From a virus, in IMG/VR virus record IMGVR_UViG_3300032516_002690, positions 1 to 64,000 of that record: a DNA stretch of 64,000 nucleotides. One strand, given 5' to 3'. A program made the translations under genes and the position numbers. The notes under the pieces were generated by a model. That model ran no database searches. It was not told the DNA's origin and worked only from the letters and a program-made list of their open reading frames with translations. Numbering within the stretch: the first letter of the stretch is position 1; each line of letters starts with the position of its first letter. Below are positions 37,395-46,999 of the stretch, piece after piece.

Positions 37395-38204
37395 GTGCCC
37401 ATGTCAAAAGCTTTGCCTTTGTTGAAATACGCCGCGTGGTCGCCTTCAAAAGCTTCTCTCGCAGGTACTTGTCCTCTAGCGTTTAAATACCGCTATATCG
37501 ATAAAATACCTACCGGCGACAAAGGTACTGCTGCCAAGGTGGGAGTAACCGTGCATAGAGCACAGGAGTTACTCCTACAAGGACAGTCGATCCAAGACTG
37601 TCTCGATAACGCTATTGCTGAATCAGAAGCCGAGCTCACGTACAATGATCAAGAGAAAGTGCGCTCCTTCGCACAGAACATGTTGGAATTCCAGAAACGC
37701 ATAAATAAATTCACAGTGAATAATCCTGTGAGACAAACGCTACTGGAATCCAAATGGGCTGTCACCGCAGGGTTTAAATCTTGCGAGTTCTTTGACAAGG
37801 ACGGTATCATTCGCGGCATCGTGGATATGTCCTTGGTCTTGGAGAGTGACTATGTTATCGTCTTCGACCATAAGTCTGGAAGAGTCCGCCCCGCGTCTTA
37901 CTATAAGACGCAACTAGACTTCTACACGGTTATGGCGCTCGCAGTTTTTCCTCATTTAAAAGGGGTTCAATGCGCCCTACACTACGTAGCACACGGTAAA
38001 CTTGAATGGGGAAGTCCCGTTGCGCCTCAGTATATACGTGAGGTATTGCAGCCGTGGTTGCTTGGCTATTTGAATAAAAAAGCTGAGCGGGTAGACGCAG
38101 CTATTGCAACGCCGGGGGCGCATTGCAAGTGGTGCGATTTCCGTGAAATTTGTACGTTCCGGGGGATTGATGGCGAAGCAAGAAAAGGGGCCGAAAACAC
38201 CTAA
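37395..38204 (+). CDS. PD-(D/E)XK (RecB/Cas4-like) nuclease
   Basis: WSPS....CP, G.TVH, RGIVD, DHKSG, QLDFY, CKWCDFREIC. Confidence 0.85.
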   Translation: MPMSKALPLLKYAAWSPSKASLAGTCPLAFKYRYIDKIPTGDKGTAAKVGVTVHRAQELLLQGQSIQDCLDNAIAESEAELTYNDQEKVRSFAQNMLEFQKRINKFTVNNPVRQTLLESKWAVTAGFKSCEFFDKDGIIRGIVDMSLVLESDYVIVFDHKSGRVRPASYYKTQLDFYTVMALAVFPHLKGVQCALHYVAHGKLEWGSPVAPQYIREVLQPWLLGYLNKKAERVDAAIATPGAHCKWCDFREICTFRGIDGEARKGAENT

Positions 38205-41200
38205 GTTTGATCCGACTGAGCTTCGTAAGCTTTGGAAGCAACCTACCGAGAACTGGATGACACTACTGAATACAGTAGGTGCCCAGCAGGTAAAGCCCGC
38301 AGGGCATACGATCAAGCTCCAGTGCCCGTACCATCCGGATACTAACCCGTCGGGTACGTTGAATATATATAAGGGTCACTTCAAGTGTTTTGCATGCAAC
38401 ACTTATATTACTGACCCTATCAAGTTTGCCAGTAAGTATATTCCAGGCAGCTATATGGATGTGGCGCGGATGTTCCGCGACCATTTCAAAATTGAGAAGC
38501 TTGATCTCAAGAAATTAGACGCGACCGAGTTAGAACAACACCGCATGAAGCTATTGAGCGAGGTGTTTCATCGCTATTTATGCAACGTGTGGGTTGCTGA
38601 TAAAGCGCCGCAGTCGGCCGTATCTACTGTCACTTGGTTAAAAAACCGAGGCCTTACGTCAGTAGATATGCTGGGCTGTATCGGCATGTTGCCAACATCG
38701 GTTGATCTCCAAAAATTGTGCGCGCAGGCAGGCGCCAATGAAGACGATATTCTCTGGTGTATGCGTCTCGTCGGCGACTACCTAAACGTCACCTACATGA
38801 ATTGCGTCGTATATGCGTACGGTTTGTCTCCCGACAAATTGACTGCGTTTAAATTGCGCATACCCGGACCGGATAAAGAGTCCGTACGGTTTATAAAGGC
38901 TGTGGATACTGCGGAGCTAGGTGCATTTGGATTAAATGTGTCGGCTTTTTATAAGCACTATTCGAGTGAAAAAGTTACGCGCTTTACGGCTGTAGAAGGA
39001 GAGCACGACGCGCTTGCAATTATTCAGGGCATGTTGACGCACTGTGCTGATGTAGATGAAGTGATCATAGCGCTCGGCGGTGCAGGCCATAGCGGCGTAG
39101 ACTTTATGACTGATCTCGGATTTAGCGAGTGCCGGTTAATCGGAGATGACGATGCGGCGGGCGATCTCTACCCTACGAGTGTTTTGCCGAAAACACGCGA
39201 TATTGCTATTCAAGTATTTAAATGGCCACAACGTATACGCAACCACGTACCGGGTAAAATAGACCCCGATGAAGCTATAAAGATTCACGGTTTTGATGTT
39301 GTATACCGTGAATTCTGTAATCCGAAGAATTACGAATTCGCAACACGTTGGTGCGCAGATCGCGCGAAGCTAAAAATAGCCGTTATTCATCCCGACAATG
39401 TTATCGGTTTACAGGAAGTAGCTACTGAATTTACGGGCTACTTAAAAAATGACACAGAGCGGCAGGTATTCGCTGAGGAATTCAACAAAATATGCCCGAG
39501 TCTTCCTGCTAGTGAAATACTCCGGCATACGCGTCTTAAAGACGACTCATCCCTGGGTTTTGTAGAGAAGATAAAAGATTGGATGGGGGAGACATACCAA
39601 ACCACTACGTGGGACAGCCATACAGGTGTACTCAAACTGTGGAACAAGAAACTAAAGCAGTATTTATATGTACAGGTCAATAAAGACTCTGCAATGACGC
39701 AGTTTGCCCGGTATACGAGCAAAGGCAGTATGTACTATTGGGCACGTGACGAGATCGGATTACCTTCGTATTTCCCCGACGTAGAAGCCCCTGATGCAGG
39801 CCAGACTGCCCTGGATAAAACTGAAGACATGATCGAGGACGCGGTGCAGCGCGCGTACCGCATGCTTTCTGCTGAATCGGTAGATGAAGCCAAAACCCGC
39901 GTCAAAGGGCAAGGCATTCACCTTGATCATACGCAGAATGGTGCCCCGGGCTATTTCATAAATGGCAACAGTATTTACAAGCTAAAATGGTCACCTGATT
40001 TTAGTAAATTAGCCGCTGTCACGGAATTAGAGGGACCGTTTGATAACGGGCAAGTGTTTGACCTAGAGCATCGCTATAACCTCATTGATGACATGCGTAT
40101 AGGTTGGACGGAACTCATTAAATCACCGAAGGACTTAATGCAGCGGCCGGTGTACAGCCCCTTTGAGTGTTTTCAGAAAGTACACAAGCTCATTAATCTC
40201 GGCTTTGAATTCAAAAATCAAGAGGTTGACGCGCTATACTGTGCTGGCCTGGTTTTTTATAACTATTTGTATGACGTAATGCCTATGCGGAGAATGCTTA
40301 CGCATTTCTACGCGCAGTTCGAATCGGGAAAGACGACACTTCTTTCGGTAACCTCCAACCACCCACAGTTACGAGAGTTTTCGCTATGTGACCATGCGCT
40401 AGCTCTCGATACATTCACACAAGCTGCGTTCTACCAGACATTCACAAATACAAGACTTGTTGCCGTTTTGGATGAAATGAATGATCCGGATGATGGCTCG
40501 ATAGAATCCCGTAATCGAAAACTGTTCTATCAACGTACACGGTCGTTAGCCACGAGTGGTTCGACTACCCTCAACCAGGGAACGGTGGATGGCAAGGGTC
40601 GATCTTTCAATATCGCTAATACTGTGATTACTGCGAGCGGCACTCCTATTCACGATCCCATGGATGAGAGCCGTTTTAACACGGTTAACCTAAAAAAGAA
40701 CGCCAACCGAAATAACGTGCGCCTGTTGCTACGTGCCGCGTTTACCGCTACGGAGATACAAGACCTTCGTCTGAGCATATTGATTAACGCAATAACGTTA
40801 GCGCCTAACGTAGCGACGCAGTACGCGTATTTATACGATCGTTACGGCAGTCGCCGTGAAGCGGATGCTAAAGGCACGACTACGATACAGAACGTGGATC
40901 GGTTTACTGAGAATCTCATGCCGATGGCGGCTATTCTCAATGTGTTTGGTCAAGACGGTCAAAAGTTCATTGATAAGTACCGCGATACGCGCAAGCAGCA
41001 GGTCTACGAGCGTGCGCACAGCACGCCTGGCCATGCGCTCATAGATACCATCCTTACGTCTAGTATTCCTTCGCGCGAAGAAGAGAATCAAATGACGACT
41101 ATCAAGGCATTACTCTTACACCCGCACGACCGTGAGAAGATAAATAACACAAAGGTTGGTGTTTATTATGATGACGCGTGTAAATGCCTTGGTGTAGTCT

Positions 41201-41538
41201 GGTCTGAAGTAAGGCTAAATCTACTAAAGAATCAGTACAAAACAAGAACGCCCTACGCGCTTAAGTCTGAAGCTGAGACGGTCAGTGATTGGATTGTGAG
41301 TAAGCCTGAAGCCGACAAACTCGGCATTATACGTCGACTCATGGCCAAAGGCATGACGAGTTCTTCAGATGTCTATAGCATTATCACCGTACAGTCGCTG
41401 ATTGCGCGTCACGAAGAAGCAGTAGGCGCAGATCAAAAAGAAGAGGATGCTAGAGTCGCTGCACTTAATCCGCCCAAGGAGATATCGTTCCGTGAAGCTC
41501 CGGCAAGTGCGGTAGATCCAATGGAAGGGCTAGGTTGA
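38170..41538 (+). CDS. Primase-helicase: CHC2 Zn finger, TOPRIM and P-loop domain
   Basis: CPYHPDTNPS..CFAC; VEGEHDA, GDDDAAG, DPDE; QFESGKTT and VAVLDE; likely ATG at 38170. Confidence 0.8.
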   Translation: MAKQEKGPKTPKFDPTELRKLWKQPTENWMTLLNTVGAQQVKPAGHTIKLQCPYHPDTNPSGTLNIYKGHFKCFACNTYITDPIKFASKYIPGSYMDVARMFRDHFKIEKLDLKKLDATELEQHRMKLLSEVFHRYLCNVWVADKAPQSAVSTVTWLKNRGLTSVDMLGCIGMLPTSVDLQKLCAQAGANEDDILWCMRLVGDYLNVTYMNCVVYAYGLSPDKLTAFKLRIPGPDKESVRFIKAVDTAELGAFGLNVSAFYKHYSSEKVTRFTAVEGEHDALAIIQGMLTHCADVDEVIIALGGAGHSGVDFMTDLGFSECRLIGDDDAAGDLYPTSVLPKTRDIAIQVFKWPQRIRNHVPGKIDPDEAIKIHGFDVVYREFCNPKNYEFATRWCADRAKLKIAVIHPDNVIGLQEVATEFTGYLKNDTERQVFAEEFNKICPSLPASEILRHTRLKDDSSLGFVEKIKDWMGETYQTTTWDSHTGVLKLWNKKLKQYLYVQVNKDSAMTQFARYTSKGSMYYWARDEIGLPSYFPDVEAPDAGQTALDKTEDMIEDAVQRAYRMLSAESVDEAKTRVKGQGIHLDHTQNGAPGYFINGNSIYKLKWSPDFSKLAAVTELEGPFDNGQVFDLEHRYNLIDDMRIGWTELIKSPKDLMQRPVYSPFECFQKVHKLINLGFEFKNQEVDALYCAGLVFYNYLYDVMPMRRMLTHFYAQFESGKTTLLSVTSNHPQLREFSLCDHALALDTFTQAAFYQTFTNTRLVAVLDEMNDPDDGSIESRNRKLFYQRTRSLATSGSTTLNQGTVDGKGRSFNIANTVITASGTPIHDPMDESRFNTVNLKKNANRNNVRLLLRAAFTATEIQDLRLSILINAITLAPNVATQYAYLYDRYGSRREADAKGTTTIQNVDRFTENLMPMAAILNVFGQDGQKFIDKYRDTRKQQVYERAHSTPGHALIDTILTSSIPSREEENQMTTIKALLLHPHDREKINNTKVGVYYDDACKCLGVVWSEVRLNLLKNQYKTRTPYALKSEAETVSDWIVSKPEADKLGIIRRLMAKGMTSSSDVYSIITVQSLIARHEEAVGADQKEEDARVAALNPPKEISFREAPASAVDPMEGLG

Positions 41539-44500
41539 TGACTGACCCCGTAAGTAAGGGACAGATTTGCAAAGGCTGTCCGAGATACGAAAACCGCCGT
41601 TGCGGTAGTGGTGATAAAAGCGGGCATGTTCAAGTCCTATTTATCGCGGAACAACCTGACGACATATCGGCGAGCACCGGGACGGCAGGTACTCCGTTTA
41701 GGGGACACGGCGGCAAGGTTGTACGTTCGGCGTTAGACTTTTTGACGCGCAAATATCCCAAATACGCGCCTATTACTTATGCGTTTACTTATGCGGCGCA
41801 ATGCGTATCCCTGGACGACAGCGCGCCCAATAAAGAAGTACTGCATCACTGCCAGCCTAATGTGCAGAGCGTGATCAAGCAGTTCGAGCCTAAAGTCATT
41901 GTGGCGATGGGTGCGACGGCTTTACGCCAGCTGGGTGCTAAGCAGCAATATAGTGATTCGCGCAACAAGTTTCTCAAGCACTACAGCTACGAAGCCCCTA
42001 TCTATGTATCTTTCAGTGAAAAAGCACTGTTAGCGGCACCAGGCGTCTTCGAAACATTCAAGCTCAATTTAACCAATATATTTGATCGTGTCCTAAATGC
42101 TAGCGTGCCGCAACTTAGCCTAGATGAATTGGCTAAGTGTTATCTGGTGCCTAAAACTATGGACGAGGCCTTAGAGGCCTGTGACATGATTATGCGTTAC
42201 ACAAGCGGCAACTTAAGCGCGGCGGATTCACACATATCCGTGGATACCGAGACAAATACGCTATACGCCGAAAAGGCTACCTCTAAGATCATCGCATTTT
42301 GTTTCGGGTATGATGACGGCAAGGCAGCCACATTACTGTACGACCACCCCAACGCCGGCGCGGAATATCTCCGTAGGCTCCCGGAGCTTACTGCTAAAAT
42401 CAAAGAACTACTTGCGTGCCGTAAACCCAAGATATTCCATAACGCCAAATTCGATTTGAAGTTCATAGAGCTCAAGTACGGCATGCCTGTGAACGAAGTG
42501 TTTTGGGACACGCTCCTGGGAGAGCATTTGCTCGATGAAGACAAGAAGGGCAATTATGGCCTGAAAGTCCTCACAGCAAATCATATACCCCAATACGGAG
42601 GTTACGAGGATAAACTCTATGATCTTCTAGAAGAGAACGAAATCGTCTCTAAAGCAGATGAAGCGGGCAAAGAGCTAGAAGACCTACGCAAGATTATTGC
42701 GACGGAACATCCTGGCTTTCTCAAACAACTCGAAGAATACAAAGATGCTCTCGTCATTTACGAGGTTGAGAAAGTTAAATACGACGCAGCTATGCGCGAA
42801 CACGCCCTGGCCGTCGAAGACTATCACTTCTGCAAAGACTATCTAGCGGGGCAGCAAGCTGCTTGGGCTGTCGCTATAGCTAGCTGGGAGAAAGGTAAAC
42901 GCGGGCGGCCCAAGAAGCCCGTCAAGTGGTTTACTAAGCCGGAAAAACCTGAGACGCTGAAAGAGCCGAAGCACCCTAAAGATCCGCGTACCAAGAAAGA
43001 GCAGCAAATTAGCAAAGACGCGGGCTTTGAAAATATTCCCGTACATGACCTGCAAATCTACGGCGCAGTCGATGGTGACGTAACACGCCAACTTGCTAAT
43101 ATACAGCTTCGACGTATTTTCGTTGAGCGGTCTAAAGTACGTCCCCTAATGCGTACGCATGCTATTCCGGCGTCTCGCGTATTGGGCCGTATGGAATACG
43201 AAGGCATGCGCGTTGATCAGGCGTATATCGGCGTACTCGAAGAAGCGCTTTCGATTGTCGTTCACGATACCGAGCAAGAACTCCACCAAATGGTGGCTGC
43301 TACAAAGCCGCCGGGGCTCAAGTCGTTTAGCCTCAATGGCGCGCAGACGCTGGGCAATGTCTTGTACAACTGGGGCTGGGTACACCCCAACGGCAATAAA
43401 CAAGGCGCCTACGAAGTTCGTGCTGTCACTAAGACAAACCAGCCGAGCACTTCTGAGAAAGTGCTGCGACAGTTTGTCAGCTACGAAGACGATAAAAAGA
43501 CCATCCCTACAGAGTCCGCGTACTTTATCGAGCGGCTATTGCGTTACCGCAAGGCAAGCAAGGCTCGCAATACATTTTTAGCGAATGTCCGTGCACTATC
43601 TAAGCGCGACGGGTTTCTGCATACGCAATTTCATCTGAACGGAACGGGGACGGGAAGGCTCAGTTCCAGTGACATGAACATGCAGAATGTTCCCAAGTAC
43701 CTCGCGGGGTGGAACCTCAAGAAGCTGTTCATACCGGACTCCAATGAATATTTCATCGTCAACGTCGACTACAAGGGCGCAGAGGTTCGCGTCTTTACAG
43801 CCTACGCACGCGACGAAGCGCTGATCAAAGCCCTCAATGAAGGCCTAGATATGCACAGCTTTTTCGCTGCGCAGGTATTCAAGCGTCCTTACGAGATGTA
43901 CGCGCGCCGAGATGATGCGACGTTCATACCCGACAAAAACCTGCGCCGCCTGCTGGATGTAGAGCGCTCCAATATCAAACGCGTGGTATTCGGAATTCTC
44001 TACGGAGCAGGCCCAGAGAAAATCTCGGAGACCATTGGCGTCAGCGTAGAGGAAGCTAAGGCGCTTATCGGGCTGCTCTATCAGATGTTTCCTGAGATTC
44101 AGAAATACGCTGAAATCGTCGAGCTGGAAGTTGCGAAGAACCATTTCGTAGACACCCACTTCGGACGCCGTAGACGGTTCCCGCTTGCTGCTATCGCGCG
44201 ACACGCCGGCCGCGCTAAGCGTCAGGGTCGCAACTTCAAAATACAATCTACAAGCTCTGATATCGTACTTGGACAGCTCATCGAAATGGACGCGCCCTTG
44301 CGTTCTGAATTCGGTGGGCGCATGTTGCTTACCGTGCATGATTCGCTGGTATTCCAATTCCCGAAGAAGTACATTCACCAGCTAAAGCCGTTTGTTAAAG
44401 AGTATGCAGAGGCGCGCGTAACCAAGAAGTATCCGTGGTTACCTGTACCTTTCGCAGCTGACGTAGAAGTCGGTGACAATTACGGTGAGTGTCAGTCCAT

Positions 44501-44606
44501 CGAGAAGTACCTAGCACAGCACCCTATTATCCTTCAGGAAGAAGGGATTGTAGAAGAACATGAGCTCCTCACAGAACTCCGACTTGACGCATTTGAAGCA
44601 GCTTGA
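41535..44606 (+). CDS. polA: Family A DNA polymerase with N-terminal UDG-like domain and 3'-5' exonuclease
   Basis: UDG-like CKGC..LFIAEQP..IVAMGATA; exonuclease DTET, HNAKFD, YGAVD; TGRLSS, motif A DYKGAEVR, motif B KRVVFGILYG, motif C VHDS. Confidence 0.95.
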   Translation: MMTDPVSKGQICKGCPRYENRRCGSGDKSGHVQVLFIAEQPDDISASTGTAGTPFRGHGGKVVRSALDFLTRKYPKYAPITYAFTYAAQCVSLDDSAPNKEVLHHCQPNVQSVIKQFEPKVIVAMGATALRQLGAKQQYSDSRNKFLKHYSYEAPIYVSFSEKALLAAPGVFETFKLNLTNIFDRVLNASVPQLSLDELAKCYLVPKTMDEALEACDMIMRYTSGNLSAADSHISVDTETNTLYAEKATSKIIAFCFGYDDGKAATLLYDHPNAGAEYLRRLPELTAKIKELLACRKPKIFHNAKFDLKFIELKYGMPVNEVFWDTLLGEHLLDEDKKGNYGLKVLTANHIPQYGGYEDKLYDLLEENEIVSKADEAGKELEDLRKIIATEHPGFLKQLEEYKDALVIYEVEKVKYDAAMREHALAVEDYHFCKDYLAGQQAAWAVAIASWEKGKRGRPKKPVKWFTKPEKPETLKEPKHPKDPRTKKEQQISKDAGFENIPVHDLQIYGAVDGDVTRQLANIQLRRIFVERSKVRPLMRTHAIPASRVLGRMEYEGMRVDQAYIGVLEEALSIVVHDTEQELHQMVAATKPPGLKSFSLNGAQTLGNVLYNWGWVHPNGNKQGAYEVRAVTKTNQPSTSEKVLRQFVSYEDDKKTIPTESAYFIERLLRYRKASKARNTFLANVRALSKRDGFLHTQFHLNGTGTGRLSSSDMNMQNVPKYLAGWNLKKLFIPDSNEYFIVNVDYKGAEVRVFTAYARDEALIKALNEGLDMHSFFAAQVFKRPYEMYARRDDATFIPDKNLRRLLDVERSNIKRVVFGILYGAGPEKISETIGVSVEEAKALIGLLYQMFPEIQKYAEIVELEVAKNHFVDTHFGRRRRFPLAAIARHAGRAKRQGRNFKIQSTSSDIVLGQLIEMDAPLRSEFGGRMLLTVHDSLVFQFPKKYIHQLKPFVKEYAEARVTKKYPWLPVPFAADVEVGDNYGECQSIEKYLAQHPIILQEEGIVEEHELLTELRLDAFEAA

Positions 44607-44631
44607 AACGAAGACATTCGATAAGTACGGA

Positions 44632-45123
44632 ATGACGTTTATGTACCACGTGTCGACAACGCATGTCGACGAGTGGGTTTCGCATATTGTTACAGATACT
44701 GAAGGTAAACCCGCACGACAAGAGTGGAAGCAAACGGGTGAGGTACTTAAAGTCAGCGAAGTAATCGACGCTGTACTAAAGGACGACGGGCGTTGCCAGA
44801 TAGCCCGACCTATCTTCTTGTACTCGACAGCGGATGGGCCTTTGCTGGCCATCGCGCTGAAAAACAGCCAGGAATACGTCGAACTGCTAGATCCCTGCAT
44901 TGTTGTCTACGACGGCAAGAGCCAGTTAAATCTCGTGCCTATTTTCGGAGTCAGTCGCATATTAACCGTAGCACGGACGGCTATACGCTCGTGGCAGGCT
45001 CCGAACGAATTGCTGCTCGCAGCATACCCTAAATTTCTAATCCAGAATCGCATGTACAAGTATCAACTACGTCCTCTTGTACCCTTCGTTACTACGCCTG
45101 AATTGACCAACGACGGCACGTAA
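44632..45123 (+). CDS. Hypothetical protein
   Basis: Open frame after polA; start uncertain (track gives 44560). Confidence 0.6.
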   Translation: MTFMYHVSTTHVDEWVSHIVTDTEGKPARQEWKQTGEVLKVSEVIDAVLKDDGRCQIARPIFLYSTADGPLLAIALKNSQEYVELLDPCIVVYDGKSQLNLVPIFGVSRILTVARTAIRSWQAPNELLLAAYPKFLIQNRMYKYQLRPLVPFVTTPELTNDGT

Positions 45124-45138
45124 AACATACACATTTCT

Positions 45139-45152
45139 GGTACAAGTAGATA
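45139..45152 (+). promoter_or_regulatory. Candidate phage promoter motif GGTAMAAG-N4-TA (copy 3)
   Basis: ggtacaag-taga-ta ends one base before the 5' arm of the structured RNA. Confidence 0.45.
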
Positions 45153-45297
45153 GAGCAGCAACTCTAGATTATCCCTGTTTCCTCCTAGTTACAGGTACTC
45201 GTTACAATGCCTGCACGGGCCGCGGGTTCCTAACCTGTTCCCCCCGCGCGTGAGGTAGGTGTGGCCAGGCACCGAATAATCTGTTGAGTTGCTGCTC
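45153..45297 (+). ncRNA. Structured non-coding RNA; candidate retron msr-msd
   Basis: Perfect 12-bp terminal inverted repeat gagcagcaactc/gagttgctgctc enclosing three hairpins; G-U pairs favour the + strand; occupies an unusually large gap in a densely coding region. Confidence 0.6.
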
Positions 45298-45301
45298 GTC
45301 T

Positions 45302-46972
45302 CTAAGCCCCGTTGTACGTAAACATCGGGTCCATCGACATAAACTTGGCAGCCATCCAGCCGAATATTTGGCCATGCAGACAGTCGTCGGGTTGTGACGG
45401 TGCATGCCGCCACACCTTACGGCCCTGTAGCGTGACCTCTTCGTATTCATTTAGCAGGTCTTTAATCGGAATCTGCATGCTGCGTATATTGGGAAATATA
45501 ACGCCTCGACGTTTCAAATACATAAAATAATGGTCGATCATGGTCGTACGTTCAGCCATAAATCGATCTGTTCTATTCCAATAGAACGGGCGTGAATTAC
45601 CTCCACCGCCGCCACTTGCGGTACCGCGATACTGCACTTGCATAGCACGATGAGGACCGAGACGTTCGCGCAAATTGGAGTTAGCTAATGCGCCCTCGCC
45701 GGCGTCTCCAATAATAAGGGATACGTTGAATCGATTGCAGATATCGACAATGTGATCTATGACGCCGCCGGATATAGGGTTTGTTTCCGGATATATCTTG
45801 AAATACAGAGTACGCAGTTTGAAATTGTGTTCGGTGGTCCCGCTGGTGACACCCCATACCCACAGCACCGTGCGGGACGTGGCGTTCTGTCCTCCTCCAG
45901 ACCAATCAACGCCAGCCACGACACTGCGGACATCCGACATGAGTAAATTGTGCGTGGGGTATTCTTGGACTTCGTATTCCTCACACATGCTCTCTAGTTC
46001 TTCTTTAGACAATAGGCGCGTGCCGATAGCATCCGATGTGCCCATTACCTCGTTCTTGAACTTGGAGGGTGGGTAAACGCTGTGCTTATCGAGAATACGT
46101 TTCCAGCGACTATAAGCAACATCCTGGTTCTTTTGATCTGAAGGCATCGAAACAGGTACGTTTTTAGGTAGAATTACCTGCGGTACGTGAAAACCCTTGA
46201 TGCGTTTACCTTCAAATCCTTTGGGGTAGACGTGCATGTCCACCCACTCCCCGTTACGGACGTTGAGGTATTTACCGCATTTCAAACATATAGGCCCTAA
46301 TTTACCCAGGCATTTTTCATCAACAAAGAATTGATGCGTATTACAAGCTTGGCATTTAACAACCCACTCAGTCTGCGTACTCCACTGCCACAACTGCTCA
46401 ATGGTGTTCTCCATTGATTTAGGCGTGCCGCAGTACGTCTCGTACGCGTAATCCGAGTTAGCCATACATTCGTTAATAACGGGTATTACCTCGTCATATA
46501 AAATATCCTGAACCTCATCGTAAGCTACGCGGTCTGCTGATACACCGCGTGCGCGGTCGGGGTCATCACTCGCATACGAGAAAGCCAACTCTGACCCGTT
46601 GGTAAACATTTTCTGATAAACGCGACTTGATAGTTCTTTTGAGACCCAACGCTGCCTGATATCAGGAGAGTAAAATATAGTCTTCCCGACACGGGTTTGT
46701 GAGAACTTGGTCGTTTGTTCCTGACTAGGTGCTATGAAAAAACTCTTCCAGTGGGGCGTGCTACATGCCTCCATGATCAGGAAGTTTGCGAGTGTGGTGC
46801 TCTTTGCAACCTGTCGTGCGGTCTTCAATAACATTGCCGGATATATGTTATTGTACACGTGTCGATAGAATGGAAAATGTTCTAACGAGAATGGTTTTCC
46901 ATCGAGATGCAAAAGAGTAGTCACCCACTCTGACCGACGTATCGATAACTCTGAAAAATCATTCGAAGTCAT
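45302..46972 (-). CDS. terL: Terminase large subunit (GpA-like)
   Basis: KTARQVAKST (Walker A variant), RARGVSAD..AYDEVQD, GTPK, CQAC..CLKC, nuclease AGVDW and PDDCLH. Confidence 0.88.
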   Translation of the reverse strand: MTSNDFSELSIRRSEWVTTLLHLDGKPFSLEHFPFYRHVYNNIYPAMLLKTARQVAKSTTLANFLIMEACSTPHWKSFFIAPSQEQTTKFSQTRVGKTIFYSPDIRQRWVSKELSSRVYQKMFTNGSELAFSYASDDPDRARGVSADRVAYDEVQDILYDEVIPVINECMANSDYAYETYCGTPKSMENTIEQLWQWSTQTEWVVKCQACNTHQFFVDEKCLGKLGPICLKCGKYLNVRNGEWVDMHVYPKGFEGKRIKGFHVPQVILPKNVPVSMPSDQKNQDVAYSRWKRILDKHSVYPPSKFKNEVMGTSDAIGTRLLSKEELESMCEEYEVQEYPTHNLLMSDVRSVVAGVDWSGGGQNATSRTVLWVWGVTSGTTEHNFKLRTLYFKIYPETNPISGGVIDHIVDICNRFNVSLIIGDAGEGALANSNLRERLGPHRAMQVQYRGTASGGGGGNSRPFYWNRTDRFMAERTTMIDHYFMYLKRRGVIFPNIRSMQIPIKDLLNEYEEVTLQGRKVWRHAPSQPDDCLHGQIFGWMAAKFMSMDPMFTYNGA

Positions 46973-46999
46973 TGACTGTTGAACCTACGGTAGGAATTT

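Noticed and set aside
32733-38204. Cas4-like nucleases as evidence of CRISPR-Cas
   Set aside because: No cas1/cas2 and no repeat-spacer array seen; such nucleases are common in phage replication modules
45153-45297. Minus-strand CsrA/Rsm-sponge RNA (GGA loops), or the small ORFs 45189..45413 and 45202..45450
   Set aside because: Stems contain G-U pairs valid only on the + strand and the promoter-like motif points +; the ORFs overlap the terminase 3' end out of frame. Not fully excluded
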